A stretch of 64,000 nucleotides of DNA from Halarcobacter sp. (GCA_963676565.1 OY781089.1:1856001-1920000), one strand, 5' to 3'. Counted from the stretch's first letter, positions 21,680-31,793 are shown. The notes: a model not told the origin generated them from the letters alone. Numbers and translations are program-made.

Positions 21680-22113
21680 TGTTTAAGAAGTATTTTTTTG
21701 CATTTTTGATTTCAAGTATGTCACTATTTGCACATGGTATTTTTTATAATGTAGTAGAGGGGGCAATAAGTGTACATATCTCCTCTGCTAATAATATCAG
21801 TATAAGTGATGCAAAAGTAAAAGTTTTTGCCCCAGGTGGAAACTTACCATATGCAAAAGGTTATACTGATATAAATGGAAACTTCGCTTTTATGCCTGAT
21901 AGTGCAGGTATATGGCATGTAAAAGTCTCAATGTCAAGTGACCATGGAAATCATGATAAAGAGTTTAATATTGAATTATCAGATGATTACAAAGTAAAGA
22001 ATTTTGATAAACTTCCTATTGAAAGATATCTCGGTATCTTAAGTATTTTAGGGATAATCTTTGGTATTTTTGGTGCATTTAGTTTTTTTCAAAGAAAGAA
22101 AACTATTAAATAA
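21679..22113 (+). CDS. NikL-like accessory protein of Ni/Co uptake
   Basis: Signal LFA|HG; AKVKVFAP..G.TDING.FAF.PD..G.W.V..DHGNH; C-terminal TM. Confidence 0.6.
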   Translation: MFKKYFFAFLISSMSLFAHGIFYNVVEGAISVHISSANNISISDAKVKVFAPGGNLPYAKGYTDINGNFAFMPDSAGIWHVKVSMSSDHGNHDKEFNIELSDDYKVKNFDKLPIERYLGILSILGIIFGIFGAFSFFQRKKTIK

Positions 22114-22160
22114 AAATCTTAATCAAAATCTTAGTTTTTTAATACTATTCTTTTAAATGC

Positions 22161-22176
22161 TTGACTGATTGGTCAA
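22161..22176. promoter_or_regulatory. Palindromic operator, TetR/NemR-like
   Basis: TTGAC-TGATTG-GTCAA about 20 bp upstream of the cupin gene. Confidence 0.5.
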
Positions 22177-22197
22177 CTAAATTTAAAAGGATATGAT

Positions 22198-22650
22198 ATG
22201 AAAACTATTGAGAAGATAAAAGAAGATAAAAACTACACAGCAGTTGATTTAGGTAGTTTAGATGAGTTAATGGAATATTCACTTATTCATAAAGTTAATA
22301 AAAACAAAATAGAGGGTAAAGTTTTTTTAAAAGAGGCTACAAAATCAACTGGTACTGAAATATCTTTTAACTCTTTGGCTGCTAAAACTGAACAGCCTTA
22401 TTTTCATATACATTATAAAAATGAAGAATCATATATTATTTTAAAAGGTCACGGTTTTTTTCAAGTTGATGGGGAGTGTTTTGAGATAAAAGAAGGTTCT
22501 GTAATTCGTGTAGCTCCTAATGGCATTAGAGGGATTAGAAATGACTCTGATGAAACTATGATTTATATGGTAGTTCAATCAAAAGAAAACTCATTGGAAG
22601 AATATACAACAGATGATGGAGAAAGAGTAGCTTTTGAACCGAAATGGTAA
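22198..22650 (+). CDS. Cupin-domain protein
   Basis: FHIH..NEE.YIILKG.G..VDGE..EGSVIRVAP. Confidence 0.88.
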   Translation: MKTIEKIKEDKNYTAVDLGSLDELMEYSLIHKVNKNKIEGKVFLKEATKSTGTEISFNSLAAKTEQPYFHIHYKNEESYIILKGHGFFQVDGECFEIKEGSVIRVAPNGIRGIRNDSDETMIYMVVQSKENSLEEYTTDDGERVAFEPKW

Positions 22651-22659
22651 GAACTGTTT

Positions 22660-22689
22660 AATAAGATAAGCTTAAAAGCTTATCTTATT
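22660..22689. terminator. Bidirectional terminator between convergent genes
   Basis: AATAAGATAAGCTT-AA-AAGCTTATCTTATT perfect stem. Confidence 0.7.
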
Positions 22690-23260
22690 TATATGGGATT
22701 GTAAATTCTATATCTACATCTGAAAATGATTTGTTTTCATGAAAAGTTGCACATTTTTTGGCAAAAGCCATAAATGAATTTTCCATATTGTAATCTAAAA
22801 TATCGATTGTCCCTTTTGCAATAATTTTATCACTTGTAATTTCATACATCATAGGAACTTGTTTTGTTACTTGATTCATTGTAATATCAAGTACCAATTT
22901 TTTTTCTTTTTCATCTACTTTTACTATTGAGCCTTCAATCATTTTTGAACTAGCTAATGAAAATAGTGTTGAAGTTATATTAAGGTTTCTTTCTTTGTTA
23001 TTAGACTCAAAAGAATTACTCTTTATTTCAACTTTTGAACTTTTTAAAAATTCAGATAAATTATCTGAAGATTCAATCTTTAATTTTATGTCATTAAATG
23101 AACCAGAAACTGGAACTTTTTTTACTGTCTTAAATCCTGTCCATTTTACTCCTAAATCACCATTTAATTCATAAGCATTTAAGCTTGAAAGTAAAGAAAA
23201 CGATAAAATTGAAGATATAAGTAAACTTTTCATAAAAACTCCTTTTAGTTTGTTTATCAA
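22685..23260 (-). CDS. YceI-like secreted lipid-binding protein (true start probably the second Met)
   Basis: Signal peptide; KWTGFKT..PVSGSF..ERN..C...H..KSFSDV. Confidence 0.75.
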   Translation of the reverse strand: MINKLKGVFMKSLLISSILSFSLLSSLNAYELNGDLGVKWTGFKTVKKVPVSGSFNDIKLKIESSDNLSEFLKSSKVEIKSNSFESNNKERNLNITSTLFSLASSKMIEGSIVKVDEKEKKLVLDITMNQVTKQVPMMYEITSDKIIAKGTIDILDYNMENSFMAFAKKCATFHENKSFSDVDIEFTIPYK

Positions 23261-23506
23261 TTTACAAAAAGAGTAATTAAGAAGAACTAATAATAAAAAT
23301 TTATATTATTTGTATCAGTTAAAATAGATAATTGTTTAATAATTAAAAAATAGATAAAAGATGATTCTACATAACTTGAACAAAACTCTAAATCTTAGCA
23401 TAAGCTTGTATTAATATTTAAATAACTATTATTTCAAAGTTTTAGAGTAGGGTATACTTAAATTCCCTTCATAATTATAATCTCACCAATAAATTAGGGC
23501 TATAAA

Positions 23507-23716
23507 ATGGCTAAAAGTCAAAATAACAACAGCGTAAAAAATTCTAAAGTTGATCTTATTAAATTAGGAAGTAACTCGACACCAAAAGTATTTAGTAAAG
23601 ATACAACGGTTAAAGATCAAGTTGTAAATGCAAGAAAAAGTGCAAGTATAAACAAAGAAAAAGCGAAGAAAAAAGCAAAAATGGCAAAAGCTTCAAGAAA
23701 GAAAAATAAAAGATAA
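23507..23716 (+). CDS. Small basic hypothetical protein
   Basis: 69 aa, Lys-rich C-terminus KAKKKAKMAKASRKKNKR. Confidence 0.65.
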   Translation: MAKSQNNNSVKNSKVDLIKLGSNSTPKVFSKDTTVKDQVVNARKSASINKEKAKKKAKMAKASRKKNKR

Positions 23717-23760
23717 AAGATTTAAATGTAAATTCTTCTTTGAAGAAGCTGACCAATACT

Positions 23761-24051
23761 TTAGTCAATTTGATTTTGTGTAAAATCATATGTGACAGCG
23801 TGATTATTAAGATGCTCTTCTAAAGCTAATTTATACTCTTTCATAAAGTAGTCTATGATTTCATCTTTTGCTGTAAGCATATCTTCAGCACTTTTAAAAG
23901 ATGTAGCTGCCATATATGTCGTAAATCTTGCAGAACCATACATAAATGAAGCACTAACTTCACCTATCGTAAGCCCTTGTTCTAATTGTTGATTTGCAAG
24001 CATTATTTGAGCATCTGCTCTTTCTAAAAATTCTTTTGTTTTATTACTCAT
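23761..24051 (-). CDS. DUF3144-like protein
   Basis: F.ERADA.I.LANQQ..GEVSASFMYGSARF. Confidence 0.75.
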   Translation of the reverse strand: MSNKTKEFLERADAQIMLANQQLEQGLTIGEVSASFMYGSARFTTYMAATSFKSAEDMLTAKDEIIDYFMKEYKLALEEHLNNHAVTYDFTQNQID

Positions 24052-24102
24052 TAGTTTTCCTGTTTATTCTTATCCTCCAAGATTTTTCTTGAAGGTTAAA
24101 AT

Positions 24103-24522
24103 CTATTTAATAGTTTGAACTGTGATTGAAAAGTCTAAGTCTTTTCCCGCTAGAGGGTGGTTAAAATCAACTTGAACTTCATTATCATTAATAGCAGCAA
24201 CTGTAACTTGAATAGGATTACCATCTTGACCTTGCGCTTGTAAAGGCATTCCCACTTGTAGTTCTAAGTCTCCAAATTGTTCTTTTGGTACCATTTGTTT
24301 TGCTTCTTCGTTATACTCTCCATATGCTTCTTGACAAGGTACAGAGATCTCTCTTGAATCTCCCTCATTCATATCTTGCATTCTAGATTCTAATCCAGGA
24401 ATTAATTGTCCAGCACCAAAAGCAAATTCTAAAGCATCTTTATCTATATTACTATCAATAACTTCTCCACCAATTTTTAATTCATAATTTATTGCAACCA
24501 TTTGATTATTTTCTATTGCCAC
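24103..24522 (-). CDS. FKBP-type PPIase, SlyD/SlpA-like (start revised to GTG 24522 after GGAG)
   Basis: G.GQLIPGLE, EAYGE, VDFNHPLAGKDL.F. Confidence 0.92.
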   Translation of the reverse strand: MAIENNQMVAINYELKIGGEVIDSNIDKDALEFAFGAGQLIPGLESRMQDMNEGDSREISVPCQEAYGEYNEEAKQMVPKEQFGDLELQVGMPLQAQGQDGNPIQVTVAAINDNEVQVDFNHPLAGKDLDFSITVQTIK

Positions 24523-24705
24523 TATATCTCCTTTTTTTTCATAGTGATTACACTCTAACAAAAAAAATCTTTTTTTAGCTAAATAGTATCTGATATTTAT
24601 TAGAAATATTAAAAAAGAAAGACCTAATATTTTAAATAAAAATATTAAGAATTGTAAGAAAAAATTGTATTATAATTAACTATATTATTAGTATAGGAGT
24701 TAATC

Positions 24706-25470
24706 ATGGCTATTCATAAAAAAGAAGTTGAATTAATTCAATCAAATCTTCACTGTTTATGTTATTCTCCTGGCCCAATAGATGGTCTTTTAGGAAGAAG
24801 AACAGAAGGCGCATTCTCTTTATGGCAAGTAGATTCAGGTTTTGAAGATATCATTACTTTAAAAGATGAACTTGAAAAAGCTGAATTTAAATCATCAAGA
24901 ATAGAAAATCTAAACTTTATTGCAAAAGAAAACAAAGATATTATAAATATGTCATTTCCTAATAAAGAAGCATTAATCGAAGCTGTTTGTACTTACGGCC
25001 CAAGGTTTTCTTTAGACTTAAAGGCACATTGGGCATATGTACTAGCTACAATTGAATGGGAAACAAATAGATCTTTTCTTCCCATAGAAGAAGCTTATTA
25101 TATATATGGTGGAACACCTTCACAAGATGATGATAAATGGCAAGAACGTGAAAATTGGAGAAAAAGGAATTTTCATTATTATCCATATTATGGAAGGGGA
25201 TATGTTCAATTGACATGGGAAAGAAACTATAGGTTTTATGCTAATCTTTTTGGAATATCTTTAGAACAAATGGTAGGTAAAGCTTTGGAATCAGGAGCTT
25301 CACTTTTTGTGATATTACATGGTATGAGCGTAGGATATTTTGGTCAATCTATCCATCAACATATTACTAAGTATAGATATGATTTTGAAAATGCACGTAG
25401 GTGTGTAAATGGTTTAGATCATGCAAAGGATATAGCAAAATTAGCTAAATCATGGATGAAAAAAATCTAA
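24706..25470 (+). CDS. Endolysin-like protein: peptidoglycan-binding domain plus GH19/lysozyme-like domain
   Basis: IQSNL..L.YSPGPIDGLLGRRTEGA..WQ; AYVLATIEWET..PIEE..YYGRGYVQLTWERNY..ARRCVNG. Confidence 0.75.
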   Translation: MAIHKKEVELIQSNLHCLCYSPGPIDGLLGRRTEGAFSLWQVDSGFEDIITLKDELEKAEFKSSRIENLNFIAKENKDIINMSFPNKEALIEAVCTYGPRFSLDLKAHWAYVLATIEWETNRSFLPIEEAYYIYGGTPSQDDDKWQERENWRKRNFHYYPYYGRGYVQLTWERNYRFYANLFGISLEQMVGKALESGASLFVILHGMSVGYFGQSIHQHITKYRYDFENARRCVNGLDHAKDIAKLAKSWMKKI

Positions 25471-25523
25471 TTAAATATTAAAAAAAATACAGTATCATAT
25501 TAAATCTTTTACAAAGGGGTTTT

Positions 25524-25640
25524 ATGAAAAACTATTTAATAGTAGCTATGATTATTGTTGCCATTGGATATATGTTTGTTATTATGAAAGACAAGTATGA
25601 CAATATGAAAGAAACAAATCAAAAAATATCTCAACAATAA
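25524..25640 (+). CDS. Small single-TM protein, 38 aa (not in ORF track)
   Basis: AAAGGGG RBS; MKNYLIVAMIIVAIGYMFVIMKDKYDNMKETNQKISQQ*. Confidence 0.55.
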   Translation: MKNYLIVAMIIVAIGYMFVIMKDKYDNMKETNQKISQQ

Positions 25641-25659
25641 TAGATAAATTAGGAACTTT

Positions 25660-26604
25660 ATGAAAATTGCAATTTTAGATGATTACCAAGATGTTGTTAA
25701 AGATTTAGAGGCTTTTTCTCTCTTACGTGATTTTGATGTGAGAGTATTAAATGAAACTATAAAAGATGAAAATCAATTAGCTGTTAAGTTGATTGATATT
25801 GATATCTTAGTTCTTATTAGAGAAAGAACATTGATAACAAAAACACTTTTGGAAAAACTTCCAAATTTAAAACTCATATCTCAAACTGGAAGATTAAGTT
25901 CTAATATTGATTTAGAAGCTTGTGATAATCTTGGTATAAAAGTTGTAGATGGTATTGGTTCACCTATTGCTCCTGCTGAACTTTGTTGGTCTTTAATTAT
26001 GATGGCATCAAGACATTTATATGATTATATTTCAAATTTTCAAAACAATAGTTGGCAGTATAGTTCTTATAAAGGTTTAGGAAAATCATTACATGGACAA
26101 ACTTTAGGAATTTGGGGATATGGCAAAATAGGGCAAAGAATAGCTTCCTATGCAAATGTATTTGGAATGAAAATAAAAGTTTGGGGAAGTGAAGAGTCTA
26201 GAAATAAAGCTGTAGAAGATGGTTTTGAAGCAAGTTCATCAAAAGAGGAGTTCTTTTCAAGTTGTGATATTGTTTCTATAAATTTAAAACTTAGTGAAAA
26301 ATCTAAATATTGTGTTAAACAAGATGATTTAGAACTTTTAAAAGATGGTTCTATTTTTGTAAATATCAGTAGGGAACAATTAGTTGAAAAAAATGCCTTA
26401 TATGAAGTTTATAGTAAAAATAAAAATAAGTTTTTAGCTATAGATGTTTTTGAGTTTGAACCTTGCTTGCCTAAAAATTTACCATTATTAGATTTACCAA
26501 ATGTATTAGCAACTCCACATTTAGGTTATGTAGAAAAGCAAAATTACGAGATATATTTTAAAGCAGCCTTTGAAAATGTAGTTGATTATATAAAGACTAT
26601 ATGA
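25660..26604 (+). CDS. D-2-hydroxyacid dehydrogenase family protein
   Basis: ILDDYQ, IRERT, GIWGYGKIG, VNISR, DVF..EP, TPHLGYV. Confidence 0.92.
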   Translation: MKIAILDDYQDVVKDLEAFSLLRDFDVRVLNETIKDENQLAVKLIDIDILVLIRERTLITKTLLEKLPNLKLISQTGRLSSNIDLEACDNLGIKVVDGIGSPIAPAELCWSLIMMASRHLYDYISNFQNNSWQYSSYKGLGKSLHGQTLGIWGYGKIGQRIASYANVFGMKIKVWGSEESRNKAVEDGFEASSSKEEFFSSCDIVSINLKLSEKSKYCVKQDDLELLKDGSIFVNISREQLVEKNALYEVYSKNKNKFLAIDVFEFEPCLPKNLPLLDLPNVLATPHLGYVEKQNYEIYFKAAFENVVDYIKTI

Positions 26605-26786
26605 ATATAAAACTTTTTTATGACAAGGAATGCCCTTTTTGTAACTCCTATGCAAACTATGTAGAACTAAAAGAAAACCATGATTTAGAGATTTTGAATG
26701 CAAGAACTGAATTAAAATCAATAGATGAATTAAAATTTATTAGAAAACTTACTTTAAAGTTATTAAATAAAAAACAACAAATTTAA
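26601..26786 (+). pseudogene. Shortened DCC1/DUF393 thiol-disulfide oxidoreductase
   Basis: YDKECPFC DxxCxxC start and family-like basic C-terminus, but only 61 aa. Confidence 0.6.
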
Positions 26787-26991
26787 CTTCTTACTTTAAA
26801 TAAACTCGTTATTTTTGATTATTTATAGCAAAAAATAATGAATTAAAAAATACTTTATATTATTTAAAAATCATATAGAGCCTAGAAAATGGTAAAAACA
26901 TAAGATAAAAATCATTTAAATAATTATGCAAAATCATTATTTTAAGGCTATATATCTTTGATATAATATTATTATAAACAAAGGAGAAGGA

Positions 26992-27120
26992 ATGAATAAA
27001 GAAGGATTAAAGTTATTACAGAATAATACTTTTAAAGTACTATCTCTTGATATACTTTTATTAGTGAGTGAAAGTTCATTAATATACAAGAGATTAATGC
27101 TTAAGGAAACATCATGTTAA
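26992..27120 (+). CDS. Putative 42-aa upstream ORF overlapping the MCP start
   Basis: [55 protein letters not shown]. Confidence 0.4.
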   Translation: MNKEGLKLLQNNTFKVLSLDILLLVSESSLIYKRLMLKETSC

Positions 27121-29042
27121 GTCGAATAACTATACAACTAAAAATTTTACTTTTAGGGGGGATATCATTACTATTTTTAGTAATCCTATCAATAAGTTCA
27201 TATGTGGGGATAAATTCAATTGGAAGTGAAATAGAAGAATTAGCTGAATATCAAATAAAGTTAAATTCAAATATATCAAAAATTGAAGCTGAACTTTTAA
27301 AAGAAGAGAGTCTTACTTATAAATTGATGTTAGAAAGCTCTGATACAAACAGTAAAGAGTTTAAGGTTTTAAAAAACGAGCTAAATGAGATATATGAAAA
27401 CATTGTCAAAAATGTTAAAGATTGTGAAGATATCTCAGTTAAGGCTATAAACCATAATAGTGATGTAAAAGTAAAGTCTACATATGAAAATTTTTTAAAT
27501 GGCTGTAAAAATTTAGAAGAGGAACAAATTACATTTCACAAAAAACTTTTAAGATTTGAACACGATTTAACAAGTGGTATAGATACAAATTTAAAAGAAG
27601 AGAAAACAAAGTTAATTTCAGAATTAAAAGAGATGGATATTTTTATAGTTTCTTTAACAGATTTTATTCATAAACTTGTAGAAAATTCATCAATAAAGGC
27701 TGAAAATGATGAACATACAATATTAAATATCATAATTATTCTTTCAATAATCTCTATAATATTTTCAAGTCTATTTGCATTTTTTGTGATTAAAAATATT
27801 AGGGGTTCATTAAGATTATTTCAAGATGGTTTATTAAACTTTTTTGCTTATATAAATAGAGAAAAAGATGATATAGAAAAAATAAATCTAGACTCTAAAG
27901 ATGAAATTGGAATTATGACAAATGTTGTAAATAAGAATATTGTTAAATCAAAAAAAATGATTGAGGATGACAGAGATTTAATAAATGATGTTAAAAGAGT
28001 TGTAAATGAAGTAAATAAAGGTTTTCTAGATCAAAAAGTTAATAAAACAACTCAAAATGAAGGTTTAGAAGAGTTAAAAACCGAGTTTAATAAAATGCTT
28101 GAGAATACAAGAAACAATGTATGTAGTGATGTAAATAAGATAAATGAAATTTTAGAGAAATTTTCAAGTTTAGACTTTACAAACAGAGTTGAAAATGATG
28201 AGGGTAATGTATCAAAAGGTTTAAATAATTTAGCAAATATTATAAACAATATGTTAGTTGAAAATAAATCAAATGGTTTAACACTGTCTTATAGTTCTTC
28301 TATATTACTTGAGAATGTTGATTTATTGAATAGAAACTCAACTGAATCTGCATCTTCTTTAGAAGAAACAGCAGCTGCATTAGAAGAGATAACAAGTACA
28401 ATAATTAACAATACTCAAAATATAGTTGAGATGTCTACAAATGCAAACAACTTAAAAAAATCTTCTTTAGAGGGTGAATCTTTAGCAAAAGAAACTAATT
28501 TATCTATGGATGAGATAAATGAACAAGTTAATTCAATAAATGAGGCAATTACAGTTATTGACCAAATTGCCTTCCAAACAAATATTCTTTCACTAAATGC
28601 AGCAGTTGAAGCAGCAACTGCTGGGGAAGCTGGAAAAGGATTTGCAGTTGTTGCACAAGAGGTTAGAAACCTAGCAACAAGGAGTGCAGAAGCAGCAAAA
28701 GAGATTAAAGAGCTAGTTGAAAATGCAACTCAAAAAGCAGATAATGGAAAATCAATAGCTAATAAAATGATTGAAGGTTATACAACTTTAAACACTAGTA
28801 TTCTAAACACTATAGAATTAATTTCAGATATTGAAGCTGCTAGTAAAGAGCAACAATATGGAATAGAGCAAATAAACGATGCAGTTTCACAATTAGACCA
28901 ACAAACTCAAACTAATGCATCAATAGCTAGTAAAACTCAAGAAGTTGCAAAACAAACAGACAAGATTGCAAAACTTATAGTAAGTAATGCAGATGAAAAA
29001 GAATTTATTGGAAAAGATACAGTTCAAAGGAAAGAGTTTTAA
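27114..29042 (+). CDS. Methyl-accepting chemotaxis protein
   Basis: Two TMs around a helical sensor, [41 protein letters not shown]. Confidence 0.97.
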   Translation: MLSRITIQLKILLLGGISLLFLVILSISSYVGINSIGSEIEELAEYQIKLNSNISKIEAELLKEESLTYKLMLESSDTNSKEFKVLKNELNEIYENIVKNVKDCEDISVKAINHNSDVKVKSTYENFLNGCKNLEEEQITFHKKLLRFEHDLTSGIDTNLKEEKTKLISELKEMDIFIVSLTDFIHKLVENSSIKAENDEHTILNIIIILSIISIIFSSLFAFFVIKNIRGSLRLFQDGLLNFFAYINREKDDIEKINLDSKDEIGIMTNVVNKNIVKSKKMIEDDRDLINDVKRVVNEVNKGFLDQKVNKTTQNEGLEELKTEFNKMLENTRNNVCSDVNKINEILEKFSSLDFTNRVENDEGNVSKGLNNLANIINNMLVENKSNGLTLSYSSSILLENVDLLNRNSTESASSLEETAAALEEITSTIINNTQNIVEMSTNANNLKKSSLEGESLAKETNLSMDEINEQVNSINEAITVIDQIAFQTNILSLNAAVEAATAGEAGKGFAVVAQEVRNLATRSAEAAKEIKELVENATQKADNGKSIANKMIEGYTTLNTSILNTIELISDIEAASKEQQYGIEQINDAVSQLDQQTQTNASIASKTQEVAKQTDKIAKLIVSNADEKEFIGKDTVQRKEF

Positions 29043-29254
29043 CTCTTCCTTTGAGTTATAAATTTCTTATTCTTCTTTAAAAAAATCTAAGTTTATAGCC
29101 AATTATAGCGAAAATATAATAAACCAAAAAGAATAACTAATATTATTTATCTCTCAAACACCCCATTATATGGGAAATTATTAAAATAAAAATTCTTTAA
29201 AAAATTCTTTAAAATCATTATATTCAGGCTATATACCTTTGCTAATATTTTCTT

Positions 29255-29614
29255 ATGATAAAAGGAGTAGCAATGAAAAAGATAGATTTAGAATTAATAC
29301 AAAATGATGTACTTCAAAAATTAAAGTCAATAAATGACATCGAATTACCTTTAAATATATATGACTTAGGATTAATTCAAGGTACAAAAATTGAGATTTC
29401 AAAGGAAAGTAAAGTGAATGTAGAAATTACCATAACACAAATTGATTCTAGGCAAAATAATCAATTTTATTTTATTGATGAGATAAAAAAACAACTTCAA
29501 GGAATTGAAAGTATTGGTGAGTCAAATGTTAATTTTGTAATTGGACCAAAATGGGACTCATCAATGATGACACCAAGAGGTTTAGAAAAATTAATCAATA
29601 TTAATAGTTTATAA
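29255..29614 (+). CDS. DUF59/MIP18 (SufT-like) protein, Cys-less copy
   Basis: LKSINDIELPLNIYDLGLI..PKWDSSMM. Confidence 0.8.
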   Translation: MIKGVAMKKIDLELIQNDVLQKLKSINDIELPLNIYDLGLIQGTKIEISKESKVNVEITITQIDSRQNNQFYFIDEIKKQLQGIESIGESNVNFVIGPKWDSSMMTPRGLEKLININSL

Positions 29615-29631
29615 AGTAAAAAAGGTTTAAT

Positions 29632-30660
29632 TTGAGAATTAATATTTTTCCAATAGTTGTTTTATTTTTGATCTATTTCTCTTCTAGTCCTATATTTGGT
29701 CATGGTGTAAGCCAAGAGGAAAAAAATATGATACTAGAAGGTGAAAACTTAAAATATATCTATATTGGAATGATTCATATGTTAAAAGGTTATGATCACC
29801 TATTATTTTTATTAGGGATTGTTTTCCTAATAAAAAGCAGTTCTCAAATTATTAAGCTTATAACTGCTTTTACCTTAGGGCATAGTATAACTTTAATATT
29901 TGCCACTATTAATAGTATCCAGGTAAATAGTTATATTATCGAATCAACTATAGCATTTAGTGTTTGTTATATTGCCTTTGTAAATCTAAAAGGATTTGAG
30001 AAGCTTTTTAATATAAAACCATTAAACACTTTAGTTATGGTATTTATATTTGGATTAATCCATGGACTTGGTTTATCTTCAATATTACAACAGCTTCCTT
30101 TGAAAAGTGAAAGTTTATTATCAAATATTATTAGTTTTAACATTGGTATTGAGATTGGGCAACTTATTGCTATTTTTATAATCTATTTGATTTTATCTAT
30201 GATTAAAAAATATAGTATCTATAATATTTTTAAAATCTTTGTTAATATATTAATATACTTAGCAGGTTTGTTTCTTTGTTATATACAAATTCAAAACTAT
30301 TTATCAAACCCTTCTAGTCAAAAAGTAATTAATGAAGAAAAATATAAAGAGATTATTACTATAAATCTGCCAGCTCACTCTGAAATTGAATATAAAGTTT
30401 GGATGGATATTGGTAAAGAGCTTAAATATTCTTGGTATTCAGACAATACAAAATTATATTATGACTTCCATGGTGACCCTGCAAGTGAGGTAGGTGGATA
30501 TTTTGAAAGTTTCAAGGAAGGTACATCAAGTAAGGATAGTGGAAAAATTGTATCAAGCTTTGTTGGAAAACATGGTTGGTATTGGAGAAATGATTCTAAT
30601 TATCTTACAACTATAGTATTAAAATTAAATGGAGATTACAAACTTGAGCACAGAAAATAG
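29632..30660 (+). CDS. HupE/UreJ-family membrane protein fused to a C-terminal soluble domain
   Basis: GYDHLLFL, FTLGHSITL, FGLIHGLG, FNIGIEIGQ; C-terminal YDFHGDP..HGWYWRN. Confidence 0.8.
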   Translation: MRINIFPIVVLFLIYFSSSPIFGHGVSQEEKNMILEGENLKYIYIGMIHMLKGYDHLLFLLGIVFLIKSSSQIIKLITAFTLGHSITLIFATINSIQVNSYIIESTIAFSVCYIAFVNLKGFEKLFNIKPLNTLVMVFIFGLIHGLGLSSILQQLPLKSESLLSNIISFNIGIEIGQLIAIFIIYLILSMIKKYSIYNIFKIFVNILIYLAGLFLCYIQIQNYLSNPSSQKVINEEKYKEIITINLPAHSEIEYKVWMDIGKELKYSWYSDNTKLYYDFHGDPASEVGGYFESFKEGTSSKDSGKIVSSFVGKHGWYWRNDSNYLTTIVLKLNGDYKLEHRK

Positions 30661-30703
30661 CAAAGACTACTCTCTTGCTATATTTTTTAGTTAAGGTATT
30701 ATT

Positions 30704-31039
30704 ATGGAAAAAGAACAAAAAGATATATTAAAACAAAAAGTTATTGAACAGTTAAATACTATTGAGGATTTAGAAGTTCCTATTAGTATTTATGAATTAG
30801 GATTAGTTTACGATATTTTTATTGAATCTCTTGAAGAAGAAATAGAGGTTACAATTCATCTAACTCAAATTAATTTAAGGTGTAATAGTAATAAGTCCTT
30901 TTTAGATTTAATATCTTCAAAGGTTGAATCTATAGAGGAAATAGATAAATGTAAAGTAAAACTTGTTTTTACTCCTAAATGGGATTTTACTATGATATCT
31001 GCTGAAGGACTTAAGAAATTAAGAAAAAATGCTAATTAA
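30704..31039 (+). CDS. DUF59/MIP18 (SufT-like) protein
   Basis: LNTIEDLEVPISIYELGLVY..TQINLRC..VFTPKWD. Confidence 0.8.
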   Translation: MEKEQKDILKQKVIEQLNTIEDLEVPISIYELGLVYDIFIESLEEEIEVTIHLTQINLRCNSNKSFLDLISSKVESIEEIDKCKVKLVFTPKWDFTMISAEGLKKLRKNAN

Positions 31040-31068
31040 GATATAATACTAAAAACAAAAGAGTATAT

Positions 31069-31470
31069 ATGAAACAGGATTTAAGGTTTAATCTAGAAGA
31101 TATTAGCCAGATTATAATTGGTGCCTTTGCTTTAGCAATTCCAATATCCTTTTCTCAAGAAGCTTGGGAATTAGGAGAAACACTCCCTTTTACAAATCTA
31201 CTTTTACTACTTTTCTTATCTTTTTTCTTTTTAGGATTTTACACCTATCAATCTATTTTTCAAGGTAATGTAAAATATAGAATGTTTGCTTTTATTTTTA
31301 GAGTTGTAATCGCTTATTTAATAGCCTTTGTTGTTGTATCATTAATTTTATTCTCTATTGGAAAACTTCCTTTAATCGATGAGACTCTTATTACTATTAA
31401 AAGAATTATAGTTATATCAATGCCCGCCTCAATGGGTGCAATTATAGTTGATGGTTTTGACAAAGAATAA
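31069..31470 (+). CDS. DUF2391-like membrane protein
   Basis: DISQIIIGAFALAIP..SQEAWELG..PASMGAIIVD. Confidence 0.75.
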   Translation: MKQDLRFNLEDISQIIIGAFALAIPISFSQEAWELGETLPFTNLLLLLFLSFFFLGFYTYQSIFQGNVKYRMFAFIFRVVIAYLIAFVVVSLILFSIGKLPLIDETLITIKRIIVISMPASMGAIIVDGFDKE

Positions 31471-31472
31471 AA

Positions 31473-31787
31473 ATGATTGAAAATATTTTTAAAGATATAA
31501 AAATTGATAAAGAAAATGAACAGTTTTTTGATTTGATAAAAAAAGATGATATCAGAATAGAAAAAATTGTTTCAAATGGGCAAGTTTCCCCAAAAGATTT
31601 TTGGTATTCACAAGATGAAAATGAGTTTGTTATTGTACTAAAAGGTGAAGCTATTTTAGAATTTGAGGATAAAGAGTTTACTTTAAAAGAGGGTGATTAT
31701 ATTAATATAAAAAAGAAAGAAAAACATAGAGTTAAATACACTAGTCAAAGCAATCCTACAATTTGGTTAGCAATATTTTATAAGTAG
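31473..31787 (+). CDS. Cupin-domain protein
   Basis: RIEKIVSNGQ.SP..FWY.QDE.E..HRV.YT..TIWLA. Confidence 0.88.
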   Translation: MIENIFKDIKIDKENEQFFDLIKKDDIRIEKIVSNGQVSPKDFWYSQDENEFVIVLKGEAILEFEDKEFTLKEGDYINIKKKEKHRVKYTSQSNPTIWLAIFYK

Positions 31788-31793
31788 TTTTTC

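Noticed and set aside
24706..25640. Prophage
   Set aside because: No integrase, terminase, capsid or tail genes nearby
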